32,000 nucleotides of DNA from Psychrobacter sp. HD31 (GTDB taxonomy: Bacteria > Pseudomonadota > Gammaproteobacteria > Pseudomonadales > Moraxellaceae), in the NCBI RefSeq assembly GCF_051097895.1, contig NZ_CP142525.1, forward strand, positions 390,001 through 422,000, read 5' to 3'. This document shows positions 8,826 through 18,329 of the stretch, piece after piece. Below the pieces are notes generated by a model. It did no database searches, had not been told where the DNA came from, and was given only the letters and a program-made list of their open reading frames with translations. A program made the position numbers and the translations under genes. Each line of letters begins with the position of its first letter. Within the stretch, counting starts at the first letter, position 1.

Positions 8826-10004
8826 ATGAATTTACCTGGATTAAACTTTCAACTGGGCGATGATATTAATGCATTACGTGAAACGGTACAAAGTTTTGCA
8901 GCAAACGAGATTTTGCCAAGGGCAGCCGAGATTGATTCCTCAGACCAGTTCCCAATGGATTTATGGGAAAAAATGGGTGAGTTAGGACTGCATGGTATCA
9001 CCGTACCAGAAGAATATGATGGTGTAAATATGGGCTATGTGGCTCACATGGTTGCTATGGAAGAGATTAGCCGTGCGTCTGCATCAGTGGCATTAAGTTA
9101 TGGTGCACATTCTAATTTGTGTGTGAATCAAATTAAGCGTAATGGTAACGAAGAGCAAAAGAAAAAGTTTTTGCCGAAGCTTATCAGTGGTGAGTTCATT
9201 GGTGCGTTGGCAATGAGTGAGCCTGGTGCTGGGTCAGATGTGACCAGTATGAAGCTAAAAGCCGAAGAAAAAGGCGGCGTGTATGTGCTAAATGGCTCAA
9301 AAATGTGGATTACCAATGGTCCAGATGCCGATGTGATGGTGGTGTATGCTAAAACTAACCCAGAGCTAGGTGCAAAAGGCATCACCGCATTTTTGGTAGA
9401 AAAAGGCATGGAAGGCTTTGATACCGCTCAAAAACTCGATAAATTGGGTATGCGAGGCAGTCACACAGGTGAAATGGTGTTTAACAATGTAGAAGTACCC
9501 GCAGAAAACATCCTTGGCGGTTTAAACAATGGCGTTAAAGTGCTGATGAGTGGCTTAGACTATGAACGTGCGGTATTGGCAGGTGGTCCTGTTGGTATCA
9601 TGCAAGGCGTAATGGATAATGTAATTCCATACATCCATGACCGCAAGCAGTTTGGTCAATCTATTGGTGAGTTCCAGTTGATTCAGGGTAAAGTTGCTGA
9701 TATGTATACCGTACTGCAAGCTGCTCGTAGCTTCCTATACACAGTGGGCAAAAACTTAGATGAATTGGGTGCTGGGCATAGCCGGCAAGTGCGTAAAGAC
9801 TGTGCCAGTGTAATTCTATGGACAGCTGAAAAGGCAACTTGGATGGCAGGGGAAGGCATTCAAATCTTTGGTGGTAATGGCTATACCAACGAATACCCAA
9901 TGGGTCGCTACTGGCGTGATGCGAAGCTCTATGAGATTGGTGCTGGCACCAGCGAAATCCGCCGTATGCTCATTGGTCGTGAATTGTTTAATGAGACTAA
10001 ATAA
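8826..10004 (+). CDS. liuA: isovaleryl-CoA dehydrogenase
   Basis: 392-aa acyl-CoA dehydrogenase ([32 protein letters not shown]) with an AAGGA SD. Linkage to liuBCDE supports isovaleryl-CoA specificity. Confidence 0.85.
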   Translation: MNLPGLNFQLGDDINALRETVQSFAANEILPRAAEIDSSDQFPMDLWEKMGELGLHGITVPEEYDGVNMGYVAHMVAMEEISRASASVALSYGAHSNLCVNQIKRNGNEEQKKKFLPKLISGEFIGALAMSEPGAGSDVTSMKLKAEEKGGVYVLNGSKMWITNGPDADVMVVYAKTNPELGAKGITAFLVEKGMEGFDTAQKLDKLGMRGSHTGEMVFNNVEVPAENILGGLNNGVKVLMSGLDYERAVLAGGPVGIMQGVMDNVIPYIHDRKQFGQSIGEFQLIQGKVADMYTVLQAARSFLYTVGKNLDELGAGHSRQVRKDCASVILWTAEKATWMAGEGIQIFGGNGYTNEYPMGRYWRDAKLYEIGAGTSEIRRMLIGRELFNETK

Positions 10005-10076
10005 CTAGATGAAATAATTAAATGACCTAACTTAACTAGAAAACGCATAAGACAAGCTAAAATTAGTTAATAACAC

Positions 10077-10110
10077 TAAAACTCTGTTATGATTTGCATG
10101 ACAGAGTTTT
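10077..10110 (+). terminator. Rho-independent terminator after liuA
   Basis: AAAACTCTGTTATG (10077-10090) pairs with CATGACAGAGTTTT (10096-10109) with one mismatch and a 5-nt loop, and runs into a T-tract. Confidence 0.7.
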
Positions 10111-10173
10111 TATATTTAAAAAATATCATTAATTTCTTACTTTTAGTTTTTGTTTAAAATAGGTTCAATACTA

Positions 10174-11031
10174 ATGTCTAGTAACTCAACAACTTCAAAA
10201 AATAAGCCACCATTACAAGCTCAAATCAAACCACACCCTCGTATTAAACATATTATATTGGTCGCATCTGGCAAAGGCGGGGTGGGCAAATCTACCAGCA
10301 CGGTAAATATTGGCTTAGCACTACAAAAATTAGGCAAACGCGTTGGGGTGTTAGATGCAGATATTTATGGACCAAGTATGCCAAACATGTTGGGCGTGGC
10401 AGACAAAAAACCAATACAAGAAAACAACCAATTTGTGCCGATTGAGGCTCATGGATTGGCAATGTTATCAATAGGTAGTTTGCTCGCTAGTGCGCAAACG
10501 CCAGTTGCTTGGCGAGGCATAAAAGCGACGGGTGCATTAATGCAAATGTATAACCAAACCAACTGGCCAAATTTGGATTACTTATTGATTGATATGCCAC
10601 CAGGGACAGGCGATATCCAGTTAACTCTAGCGCAAAGGATACCAGTGACAGGAGCGATTATTGTGACAACACCACAGCACATTGCGCTATTAGATGCCCA
10701 AAAAGGCATAGAAATGTTTAAAAAAACAAACATCCCCGTTATTGGCGTTGTCGAAAATATGGCATTACACACTTGCTCTAGTTGCGGACATACCGAGGCA
10801 ATCTTTGGTGAAGGTGGTGGTAATAAAATGGTTGAGGCATATCAAGTGCCTCTATTGGGTCAATTGCCAATAGCTAAAGACATCCGAGAACAGGTAGATA
10901 AAGGTATACCAAGCGTTATAGCGAATGATGGCACAGGTGATGCATTTGCTAAGTTTTATGTAGATATTGCCAAAAATATAGACTGTCATATTGATGACTA
11001 TGCAAAATCAACAAGTGATAGGATATTTTAA
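10174..11031 (+). CDS. apbC: Fe-S cluster carrier ATPase ApbC/Mrp (short form without N-terminal DUF59 domain)
   Basis: Deviant Walker A motif ASGKGGVGKST, plus DMPPGTGD and the CxxC motif CSSCGH. I chose ATG 10174 rather than the ORF-track TTG 10150. Confidence 0.85.
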   Translation: MSSNSTTSKNKPPLQAQIKPHPRIKHIILVASGKGGVGKSTSTVNIGLALQKLGKRVGVLDADIYGPSMPNMLGVADKKPIQENNQFVPIEAHGLAMLSIGSLLASAQTPVAWRGIKATGALMQMYNQTNWPNLDYLLIDMPPGTGDIQLTLAQRIPVTGAIIVTTPQHIALLDAQKGIEMFKKTNIPVIGVVENMALHTCSSCGHTEAIFGEGGGNKMVEAYQVPLLGQLPIAKDIREQVDKGIPSVIANDGTGDAFAKFYVDIAKNIDCHIDDYAKSTSDRIF

Positions 11032-12053
11032 TGGATAAAAGTTTATTACAACTTAAAAAACTAATAACTGATGGCAAGCCAACCTTTGGGGTTTTTGATA
11101 GGGTAGAAGAGATTAATTATTTAGACTACCATAGCTATAAGTTATCAAATAAAGCGGTGGCAAATTGGCGTAAAAAGTTGCGAGCAAACCAATTTTGTTT
11201 TCTGCAAATTACCGCTGCACCTTATAGAGTCTGTTTTGCGGTAGCAACCCTTAATTGGGTAACCAGCAGTTTTTGTTATTTATATAATGAAGAAACTGAT
11301 GAGCTAGAGTTAGTAGAAGCTTTGCAGCCCTTTACCCGCAATACGCAGTTTAACCAGTCTACTTATAAAGATAAAATTAGTTTTAAAAGCAAAAAACTCT
11401 CAATTGAGCTGGATTTTAAAACAGATACGATAGACGTTGTGCTTAATAGCAAAATTTTTAATTTGAAAGCAAGGATAACACGTGGCTTTGATTCATTGTC
11501 TGTATGCACGCAAACAGGCAAAAAAGGGTGGACATACACACAAAAAGAGCCGATGCTGGTGCAAACAGGCACGTTAACAAGTCATCACGTTAACCAAGAC
11601 TTAAAGGGTGCAAATGCCTTTTTAGATTGGTCGGTAGGTTATATGCGCCGAGTGACTAATTGGTACTGGACAAGCATTACAACAAACCTGCCAACGGGTG
11701 TGCATTTTGCTATGAATTTAGCAACAGGGGTTAATGAATCTGGTGCAAGCGAAAATGCGTGTTGGGTAGATGGTGTTAGATATCATTTGCCTGCGGTTAT
11801 GTTTAAAAGGGGTGACACCATAAAAGAGGATTGGTTAGTTAGTAATCAAGCATTAAACTGGTCAAAGGTTAAAATAAATCTAAGCTTTACACCGGTCAAC
11901 TGCTATCAAAAAAGTGATCGTCTTGTTGTGGTAGATAGTATATTTGAACAATGGTTGGGATATTATTCTGGCACGATTGAGCTAGATGATGGCAATGTGA
12001 TTAGGCTAGATAAGGTGATGGGCTTAGCAGAAGACCATTATGCTAAGTGGTAG
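11031..12053 (+). CDS. conserved hypothetical protein (tentatively DUF2804 family)
   Basis: 340 aa. Its ATG overlaps the apbC stop (TAATG), implying translational coupling. The Trp-rich segment (NWYWTSIT, ENACWVDGVRYHL) reminds me of DUF2804, but I cannot align it here. Confidence 0.55.
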   Translation: MDKSLLQLKKLITDGKPTFGVFDRVEEINYLDYHSYKLSNKAVANWRKKLRANQFCFLQITAAPYRVCFAVATLNWVTSSFCYLYNEETDELELVEALQPFTRNTQFNQSTYKDKISFKSKKLSIELDFKTDTIDVVLNSKIFNLKARITRGFDSLSVCTQTGKKGWTYTQKEPMLVQTGTLTSHHVNQDLKGANAFLDWSVGYMRRVTNWYWTSITTNLPTGVHFAMNLATGVNESGASENACWVDGVRYHLPAVMFKRGDTIKEDWLVSNQALNWSKVKINLSFTPVNCYQKSDRLVVVDSIFEQWLGYYSGTIELDDGNVIRLDKVMGLAEDHYAKW

Positions 12054-12166
12054 TGGATTTAACTATGAGCTGTTAGCCCCCAATAAACCAAAGATTTATC
12101 ATTTATATTATTAGCAAACTCTATTATAATCCGTTATCAATAAAACTTTAAATATGAGGAAACACT

Positions 12167-12742
12167 ATGTCCATTAAATCAGACCGTTGGATACGCGAAA
12201 TGGCAGAAAAACACGCCATGATTGAGCCTTTTGAAGCTGGACAAGTTCGCTATAATGATAATGGAGAAAAACTGGTAAGCTATGGCACTTCAAGCTATGG
12301 CTATGATGTGCGCTGTGCACGTGAATTTAAAGTTTTTACAAATGTTCATTCAGCAATTGTTGATCCCAAAAATTTTGATGACAACAGTTTTATAGATATT
12401 GTGGGTGATGAATGTATTATTCCACCTAACTCTTTTGCGCTGGCTCGTACGGTTGAATACTTTAGAATACCACGAGATGTTTTGACGGTTTGCCTAGGTA
12501 AATCTACCTATGCACGCTGTGGCATTATTGTTAACGTGACACCACTTGAACCCGAATGGGAAGGGCACGTTACCTTAGAGTTTAGTAATACAACCAACTT
12601 GCCAGCACGTATTTATGCAGGTGAAGGGGTTGCTCAAATGCTATTCTTCCAATCTGATGCTGATGATGTATGTGAAACCAGCTATAAAGACCGTGGTGGA
12701 AAATACCAAGGGCAAACGGGTGTTACTTTACCAAAAACATAA
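12167..12742 (+). CDS. dcd: dCTP deaminase
   Basis: 191 aa. The N-terminus [21 protein letters not shown] and [14 protein letters not shown]-type motifs are characteristic of Dcd. GAGGAA SD upstream. Confidence 0.9.
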   Translation: MSIKSDRWIREMAEKHAMIEPFEAGQVRYNDNGEKLVSYGTSSYGYDVRCAREFKVFTNVHSAIVDPKNFDDNSFIDIVGDECIIPPNSFALARTVEYFRIPRDVLTVCLGKSTYARCGIIVNVTPLEPEWEGHVTLEFSNTTNLPARIYAGEGVAQMLFFQSDADDVCETSYKDRGGKYQGQTGVTLPKT

Positions 12743-12848
12743 TTTCTGCGGATATGGAAAGTGTGATATAGGTAACGTTAAGTTGTTTGTATTTTAATTT
12801 TTTATCCCCATTAATAGTGTTAACCAATTATGTAAATTAGGAAATAAT

Positions 12849-13136
12849 ATGGCAGATATAGAAGTAGAACGTAACCATGGCTTAAATTTTGATGAAGCAC
12901 GCGTTAAGGCTAAGCAGCTGTTAGCCAAAGCACAAGAAAAATATGGTGTTGCGGTTGATTATGCCGAAGGTGCTAACCAAGATATCGCAACGGCAAAGCA
13001 CATGGGTGCTAACATAAAAGGTGTTTTAGACGAACAAAAAATTCGTTTTGAAATTAAACTTGGTATGTTTGCTAAGCCAATGAAAGGTAAGATTAAAGAA
13101 GGGCTAGAAAAGAATATGGATAAATATTTTGCCTAA
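12849..13136 (+). CDS. small polyhydroxyalkanoic-acid-system-like protein (PHA_gran_rgn type), tentative
   Basis: 95 aa with an AGGAAA SD. The overall pattern (the N-terminal IEVERNHGL followed by an ARVKAKQ helix, then a C-terminal lysine-rich segment) resembles the ~90-aa TIGR02610-type family. No pha genes are nearby. Confidence 0.5.
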   Translation: MADIEVERNHGLNFDEARVKAKQLLAKAQEKYGVAVDYAEGANQDIATAKHMGANIKGVLDEQKIRFEIKLGMFAKPMKGKIKEGLEKNMDKYFA

Positions 13137-13160
13137 ATTTATAATCAGTCACTAGTTAAT

Positions 13161-13192
13161 AAAAAGCCCCATTAAATATTTTGGGGCTTTTT
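13161..13192. terminator. bidirectional Rho-independent terminator between convergent genes
   Basis: AAAAAGCCCC (13161-13170) pairs with GGGGCTTTTT (13183-13192). A/T tracts on both sides allow it to serve both the plus-strand 12849..13136 gene and minus-strand sspB. Confidence 0.7.
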
Positions 13193-13220
13193 TATAAATA
13201 TAATGTTTGTAACAATAATA

Positions 13221-13652
13221 TTATTTAAGAACTTTTAATCCTGCTTTATTCTCACGTTTGGGTTTTTGCTTGGTTTTGGTGTGAGAGCTTGTTTCGTTTG
13301 AATCTATAGGCTGGTAATTGTCATATTCATTAGGGTCAAAAAACATGCCTTGAGAATTTTCTTTTGCATAAATGCCCATCACCGCTTGCATAGGTACCCA
13401 AATTTCTTGAGAAACACCACCAAACCTTGCTTTAAAAGTCACAAAGTCATTTTCCATTGCCATCGCACCAACTGCCGCACTAGCAATATTAAGCACAATG
13501 CGCCCGTCTTGTATATACTCAGTGGGCACTTTGGCATGATCATGCGTGGCATCAACCATCAAATAGGGTGTTAAGTGATTATCTTCTATCCATTGATAAA
13601 TAGCACGTACCATGTATGGGCGTGTAGGTGATAAATTAGCATCTGTGCTCAT
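13221..13652 (-). CDS. sspB: ClpXP adaptor / stringent starvation protein B
   Basis: 143 aa. The N-terminal RPYMVRAIYQWIEDNHLTPYLMVDA is a typical SspB signature. It has an acidic/basic disordered tail and an AGAGGAA SD, and it lies directly downstream of sspA. Confidence 0.9.
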   Translation of the reverse strand: MSTDANLSPTRPYMVRAIYQWIEDNHLTPYLMVDATHDHAKVPTEYIQDGRIVLNIASAAVGAMAMENDFVTFKARFGGVSQEIWVPMQAVMGIYAKENSQGMFFDPNEYDNYQPIDSNETSSHTKTKQKPKRENKAGLKVLK

Positions 13653-13682
13653 AATCGTTCCTCTTTTATAGTTGGTTTATTA

Positions 13683-14306
13683 TTATAAGGTAGTTTTTAG
13701 GCTTTGTTTAAAAGCTTCTCTATCAAATATTTTAGTTTGATACTCTATTAAAGGCTTTATTAAATGCGTTGGTAAATCTAGGTTAATTTGATTTAGCTGC
13801 CAAAACAAAGGCGCTAATAATATATCACACCAACCAAGGGTGTCAGACATAAAAAAGGGTTTGTGAGCAAAAATAGGTGCTAAAGTAATTAATGAATCGC
13901 TTAATTGTTTTTTTGCATGGGCTTCTTTAGCAGCATCAAAGCTGTCAGGGTGTATCAGTAACTCTCTGCCCAATGCCAGCCAGTCTTTTTGAAGACGCCA
14001 TGCAAGCTGCCGGACTTGTGCTCGCTGTTGAGGTGATTCTGGTAGTAATTTGTGATGATGATAGCGTTCTTCTAGGTATTCAAAAATAACATTGATTTCA
14101 TACAAAGCAATATCGGCATGCACTAAAATAGGTAAAGTGCGATAGGGATTAAGCTCGGCTAGGTCTTCTGGACGCTCCGATTTTAAGTAAGCAAGTCGAT
14201 AGCTTAGTTTTTTTTCTGCCAATAAATAACGTATGACATGACTATCATAGCCATCATCAGCATATAAAAGTAGCTGATTTTTTGGTAGGGTGGATAAATC
14301 TGTCAT
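13683..14306 (-). CDS. sspA: stringent starvation protein A (GST-like)
   Basis: GST-fold protein in the conserved rplM-rpsI-sspA-sspB arrangement. I chose ATG 14306 (MTDLSTL...) over the ORF-track TTG 14327. Confidence 0.85.
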   Translation of the reverse strand: MTDLSTLPKNQLLLYADDGYDSHVIRYLLAEKKLSYRLAYLKSERPEDLAELNPYRTLPILVHADIALYEINVIFEYLEERYHHHKLLPESPQQRAQVRQLAWRLQKDWLALGRELLIHPDSFDAAKEAHAKKQLSDSLITLAPIFAHKPFFMSDTLGWCDILLAPLFWQLNQINLDLPTHLIKPLIEYQTKIFDREAFKQSLKTTL

Positions 14307-14422
14307 GATTGCTCTCAGTTGACGCAAACAATAATCATAGCAAAATACTAATTATATTTAAACTGGATTAATATTTAAATTTTTATCGTGCAAATTTGTG
14401 TAATGGCTGCAATAAAATTCCA

Positions 14423-14452
14423 TAAAAAAAAGACAATGCCAATGCATTGTCT
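14423..14452 (-). terminator. Rho-independent terminator after rpsI
   Basis: AGACAATGC (14431-14439) pairs with GCATTGTCT (14444-14452) across a 4-nt loop. On the minus strand it is followed by a run of 8 T (complement of 14423-14430). Confidence 0.7.
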
Positions 14453-14474
14453 TTTTCGCAAATTCTCGTAAGAA

Positions 14475-14861
14475 TTAACGTTTTGAGAACTGTGGACGAC
14501 GACGTGCTTTGCGTAGACCAAGTTTTTTACGTTCAACTTGACGAGAGTCACGAGTAACAAAGCCAGCAGCACGTAGCTGAGGTTTTAATGACTCGTCTGA
14601 ATCGATTAATGCACGAGTAATACCGTGACGAATCGCACCAGCTTGACCATTGCTACCACCACCACGTACAGTGATGTTTAAGTCATAGGTTTCAGTTGCT
14701 TCGATAAGCTCTAATGGCTGACGAACAACCATACGAGAAGTTTCACGACCAAAATATTCATCTAGTGGTTTGCCGTTAACAACGATGTTACCAGTACCTT
14801 TTGATAAAAAGACACGAGCTGTTGAAGTTTTGCGGCGACCTGTTCCGTAATAACGTTCCAT
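14475..14861 (-). CDS. rpsI: 30S ribosomal protein S9
   Basis: 128 aa. [13 protein letters not shown] at the N-terminus and [12 protein letters not shown] at the C-terminus. AAGGAG SD upstream. Confidence 0.97.
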   Translation of the reverse strand: MERYYGTGRRKTSTARVFLSKGTGNIVVNGKPLDEYFGRETSRMVVRQPLELIEATETYDLNITVRGGGSNGQAGAIRHGITRALIDSDESLKPQLRAAGFVTRDSRQVERKKLGLRKARRRPQFSKR

Positions 14862-14874
14862 TATGTGTGTCTCC

Positions 14875-15303
14875 TTAGATATCTAGTTCTTTAGGCTGTT
14901 GAGCAGTGTGAGGGTGTTCTGTGCCCGCATAAAGCTTCAACTTCTTGATCATAGCGTATCCAAGAGGACCTTTTGGTAACATGCCTTTTACAGCTTTGTA
15001 CAATACGTCTTCTGGCTTATGAGCAATTAGTTTAGTAAAGTTAGTCTCTTTAAGACCACCTGGGTAGCCACTGTGACGATAGTATTTTTTGTCATCTGCT
15101 TTTTTGCCGGTTACAGCAATTTTGTCTGCATTAATAACAACAATAAAATCACCAGTGTCAACGTGTGGTGTATAAGATGGCTTGTGCTTACCACGTAGGC
15201 GGTGAGCGATTTGACTTGCTAGGCGACCAAGGGTTTTGCCCTCAGCGTCCACGACGTACCAGTCATGGGTCACCTCAGATGGTTTGGCACTAATTGTTTT
15301 CAT
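14875..15303 (-). CDS. rplM: 50S ribosomal protein L13
   Basis: 142 aa. [16 protein letters not shown] and the rest are typical of L13. It lies immediately upstream of rpsI. Confidence 0.97.
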   Translation of the reverse strand: MKTISAKPSEVTHDWYVVDAEGKTLGRLASQIAHRLRGKHKPSYTPHVDTGDFIVVINADKIAVTGKKADDKKYYRHSGYPGGLKETNFTKLIAHKPEDVLYKAVKGMLPKGPLGYAMIKKLKLYAGTEHPHTAQQPKELDI

Positions 15304-15378
15304 GATAAAAAACCTTAATTAAAAGTAAGTTGAGAGTGTATTTTGGGGAAACGAGGGCTCTCAAAAAACAGAACGCAA

Positions 15379-15407
15379 ATTATACGTTGTTTTTATTGCT
15401 TATGCAA
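15379..15407 (-). promoter_or_regulatory. near-consensus sigma70 promoter for rplM-rpsI
   Basis: The minus strand reads TTGCAT (15407-15402), a 17-nt spacer, then TATAAT (15384-15379). This is about 75 nt upstream of the rplM ATG. Confidence 0.6.
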
Positions 15408-15471
15408 GGGGCTTAGTGTTGTTTTTAATTTTTAAATCAGCAACTATCATTCTTTATAAAGCGTACTTAAT

Positions 15472-16083
15472 TTAGCTATGTGTCAGCTTAATAACCCAGC
15501 TAAAAACTTGCCCCATTGTTTTTTGTTTAACAATGTGAATTTTTTTTAGGGTTTTTTCATCAAAAATGGCTTCAATTGCTTTATTTGATTCGATATAAAG
15601 TAAGCTATCTTCATTAATGAGTTGATTGGTTAATAACCCATCTATAATGGGTTGCCATAAGTTGAGTGAATAAGGAGGATCAATAAAAACGATATTAAAG
15701 ATTTGTTTGTGAGTTGCGTTAATTGTTGTTTCAGCTTTTGCACTATGAATATCAAACTGTTCGGAAGCTAAACGTAAGTCAGTGGCTGTTTGTTTTAATT
15801 GGTGCGCCTGTTGTGTATTAGCCTCAATGAAAGTCACTTTGCCAGCACCTCGTGACAAGGCTTCAAAGCCGAGTACGCCACTGCCTGCACAGGCATCTAA
15901 AACATTGGCATCAAAAATATCGTGCATGAGCCAGTTAAACAAGGTTTCTCTCATTCTATCAGGTGTAGGGCGCAATCCATCAGCATTAATAAAGTTGATG
16001 TTACGACGTTTAAATTGCCCCCCAACAATACGCACTTGATTGAGTTTTGTTTGTTTGTTTTGTTTTTTATGGTTGCTTTTCAT
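15472..16083 (-). CDS. rsmD: 16S rRNA (guanine966-N2)-methyltransferase
   Basis: 203 aa. RIVGGQFKRRNI, the SAM-binding LDACAGSGVLGFEALSRGA, and the FIDPPY motif. Confidence 0.85.
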   Translation of the reverse strand: MKSNHKKQNKQTKLNQVRIVGGQFKRRNINFINADGLRPTPDRMRETLFNWLMHDIFDANVLDACAGSGVLGFEALSRGAGKVTFIEANTQQAHQLKQTATDLRLASEQFDIHSAKAETTINATHKQIFNIVFIDPPYSLNLWQPIIDGLLTNQLINEDSLLYIESNKAIEAIFDEKTLKKIHIVKQKTMGQVFSWVIKLTHS

Positions 16084-16118
16084 TCAAATCATCTAAGTCA
16101 GTTGTTTTACTTTTATGT

Positions 16119-18329
16119 CTAATCTTCATCTTTTGGTATGCGTGCTGGATCCATGGGGATTTTAATGGATGGCATGTTTTGGTTAATATCAGGTTCTTTT
16201 ATTGGAAACTGCATACCCAATGTTGATTTATTTTTAATTTGTTTTTTTAACGATACTCGCTCTAAAGGCTCAACAATTTGTGCGGGTAAAACGTAACCAC
16301 GGTTTTTCAATGCGTCAAGCTGCTGTTTTCGTTCGACAAGTGCTTGTTGTTTTTCACGTTCTTTTTGTTCTTTTTGCGCTTTTTTGAGTTTAGCTTCTGC
16401 CTTCTTAATAACCTGTTCTTTTTCCCACTGTGCAATGCGGTATTGTGTTTGCTTTCGCTTTTGTTTTCTTAGTGACTCTATTTGCTCTGCATTTGGCGGT
16501 AAAATAGGGTTGTTTTTGCGCGTTAACATCCAATAATCAAAAACTTGGCGTGCTCTTGGTGCTGCGGCTGAGCTACCACCACCGCCATTTTCAACTAAAA
16601 CTGCAACCGCAATTTCTGGATTTTCTACGGGCGCAAAGCCAATAAACCAAGCGTGGTCCCAGTATTTTTTTGGTAATGCCGCCTTATTGTAGGTTTTACC
16701 TTGTGCAATCGACTTAACTTGGGCTGTCCCTGTTTTACCAGCTAACCGATATTGTGGCGTATAGATTTTTCTGGCTGTACCATAGCGCACGGTTGCTTCC
16801 ATCGCGTTGTGCATTTTTTCCCAATCTTGCGTTGTACCATTAAATTTAACTTCATTAATAGGTGTATTTATGATGGTCAAAGTATCATCGCCTGATGTGC
16901 TTTTTAATAAATGGGGCGGTATGATTTTACCTTTATTGGCGGTAATAGCAGTTGCTTGCGCAACTTGTAAAGGCGTCGCTAAAAAATAACCTTGTCCAAT
17001 ACTTGCTGATATGGTGTCGCCTGGTAACCAGTTTTTGTCATATGTTTCTTCTTTCCACTCACGTGATGGCATGACACCGCTTTTCTCATTAGGCAAGTCG
17101 ATACCTGTTTGAGAGCCAAAATTGAATCGAATCATCCAGTCATGTAGCTTGTCAATCCCCAAACGATATGCTGTTTTGTAATAGTAGGTATCAACAGATT
17201 CAACAATTGACTTTTTAAGATTGACGTTGCCATGTCCACTACGTTTCCAATCACGGAATTTATGGCTATCACCAGGGATAGAAAAATAACCAGGATCAAA
17301 AATACTACTGTTCCAGTCCATTAAACCATAGTTGATAATGCCTAATCCTTCAAATGGTTTGATGGTGGAGGCTGGTGGGTATTGACCATGCAATGAACGG
17401 TTATATAAAGGCAGATCTGGATCATCTCTTAATGCGCCATATTCTTTATAAGAAATACCTGAAATAAAAGGATTTGGGTCATACGAAGGGTTGCTGACAA
17501 ATGCCAAAACATCTCCATTACGAGGATCTATTGCAACAATAGAGCCTTTTTCTCCTTTTAAAACATTGGTGGCAATTTTTTGTAGCCCATAGTCTATGGT
17601 TAGATGAAGGTCGTTACCAGCAATTGGCGCTGTTGTCTCGATTTCACGCAATATTTCGCCATGGGCATTGGTTTCTACAGACAAAAAACCAGGCTTACCG
17701 AGTAAATTACTTTCATAAAACTTTTCTATGCCAGACTTGCCAATCATTTCTGTACCGGCATAGGCCTTTTTATCAATGATTTTTGATTCTTTGTCATTAA
17801 TACGACCAACGTAACCGATGACATGGGCAAAAAGCTCATCATAAGGGTAAGCACGGGTTAACCTGCTTTGAATATTAACCCCTTTTAAAAATGGCTTACG
17901 CTCACTAAACAAAGCAATTTGTTCATCAGTTACATCTACTTTAATTGTCACTGGGTTGATTTTGCTTTTTTTAACTTTGGCTAAAATCTCGGTAACTTCT
18001 TCCTCTGTTAAGTCAAAAATTGGGGCAAGTAGATGTAATGTTTGTTCAGGATTCTCGACTTGATCTGGGCTTAACATAGCATTTAACACGGGCACATTGT
18101 CTGCCAAAATATAGCCGTTTCGATCATAAATATAGCCACGGTTAGGCGGTGCAGAAATTAATTTAATGCGATTGTTATCTGCCTTTGTGTGATATTTTTC
18201 AAATGAGGTGACTTGTAAAAAAGCATAGCGTGCAATTAAAACGAGTAAACCTGCAAACACAAATAACCCAGCAATAATCACACGTTGCATAAAAATGGTA
18301 TTTTTTTTGTTTGGGTTATTTGAACTCAT
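16119..18329 (-). CDS. mrdA: penicillin-binding protein 2 (elongation transpeptidase) with a long charged C-terminal tail
   Basis: 736 aa. N-terminal membrane anchor, then the transpeptidase motifs STIKPF (SxxK) and KTGTA. The last 124 aa (16122-16493) are Lys/Gln/Glu-rich and lie beyond the catalytic domain. Confidence 0.9.
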   Translation of the reverse strand: MSSNNPNKKNTIFMQRVIIAGLFVFAGLLVLIARYAFLQVTSFEKYHTKADNNRIKLISAPPNRGYIYDRNGYILADNVPVLNAMLSPDQVENPEQTLHLLAPIFDLTEEEVTEILAKVKKSKINPVTIKVDVTDEQIALFSERKPFLKGVNIQSRLTRAYPYDELFAHVIGYVGRINDKESKIIDKKAYAGTEMIGKSGIEKFYESNLLGKPGFLSVETNAHGEILREIETTAPIAGNDLHLTIDYGLQKIATNVLKGEKGSIVAIDPRNGDVLAFVSNPSYDPNPFISGISYKEYGALRDDPDLPLYNRSLHGQYPPASTIKPFEGLGIINYGLMDWNSSIFDPGYFSIPGDSHKFRDWKRSGHGNVNLKKSIVESVDTYYYKTAYRLGIDKLHDWMIRFNFGSQTGIDLPNEKSGVMPSREWKEETYDKNWLPGDTISASIGQGYFLATPLQVAQATAITANKGKIIPPHLLKSTSGDDTLTIINTPINEVKFNGTTQDWEKMHNAMEATVRYGTARKIYTPQYRLAGKTGTAQVKSIAQGKTYNKAALPKKYWDHAWFIGFAPVENPEIAVAVLVENGGGGSSAAAPRARQVFDYWMLTRKNNPILPPNAEQIESLRKQKRKQTQYRIAQWEKEQVIKKAEAKLKKAQKEQKEREKQQALVERKQQLDALKNRGYVLPAQIVEPLERVSLKKQIKNKSTLGMQFPIKEPDINQNMPSIKIPMDPARIPKDED

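Noticed and set aside
10150-10173. ORF-track N-terminal extensions from alternative upstream starts: TTG 10150 (apbC), TTG 14327 (sspA), ATG 20933 (ccmF) and TTG 27533 (rhodanese).
   Set aside because: In each case a downstream start fits better. ATG 10174 and ATG 14306 give homologue-like N-termini. ATG 20948 avoids overlap with the GNAT gene and begins the expected CcmF N-terminus. TTG 27485 has a GGAGG SD at 5-nt spacing and a YibN-like N-terminus.
14375-14572. A 65-aa minus-strand ORF spanning the rpsI 3' end and its terminator, and the 60-aa ORF 12615..12797 overlapping the dcd 3' end.
   Set aside because: They overlap conserved coding sequence and a terminator hairpin, and have no SD or recognisable motifs. 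They are most likely spurious.
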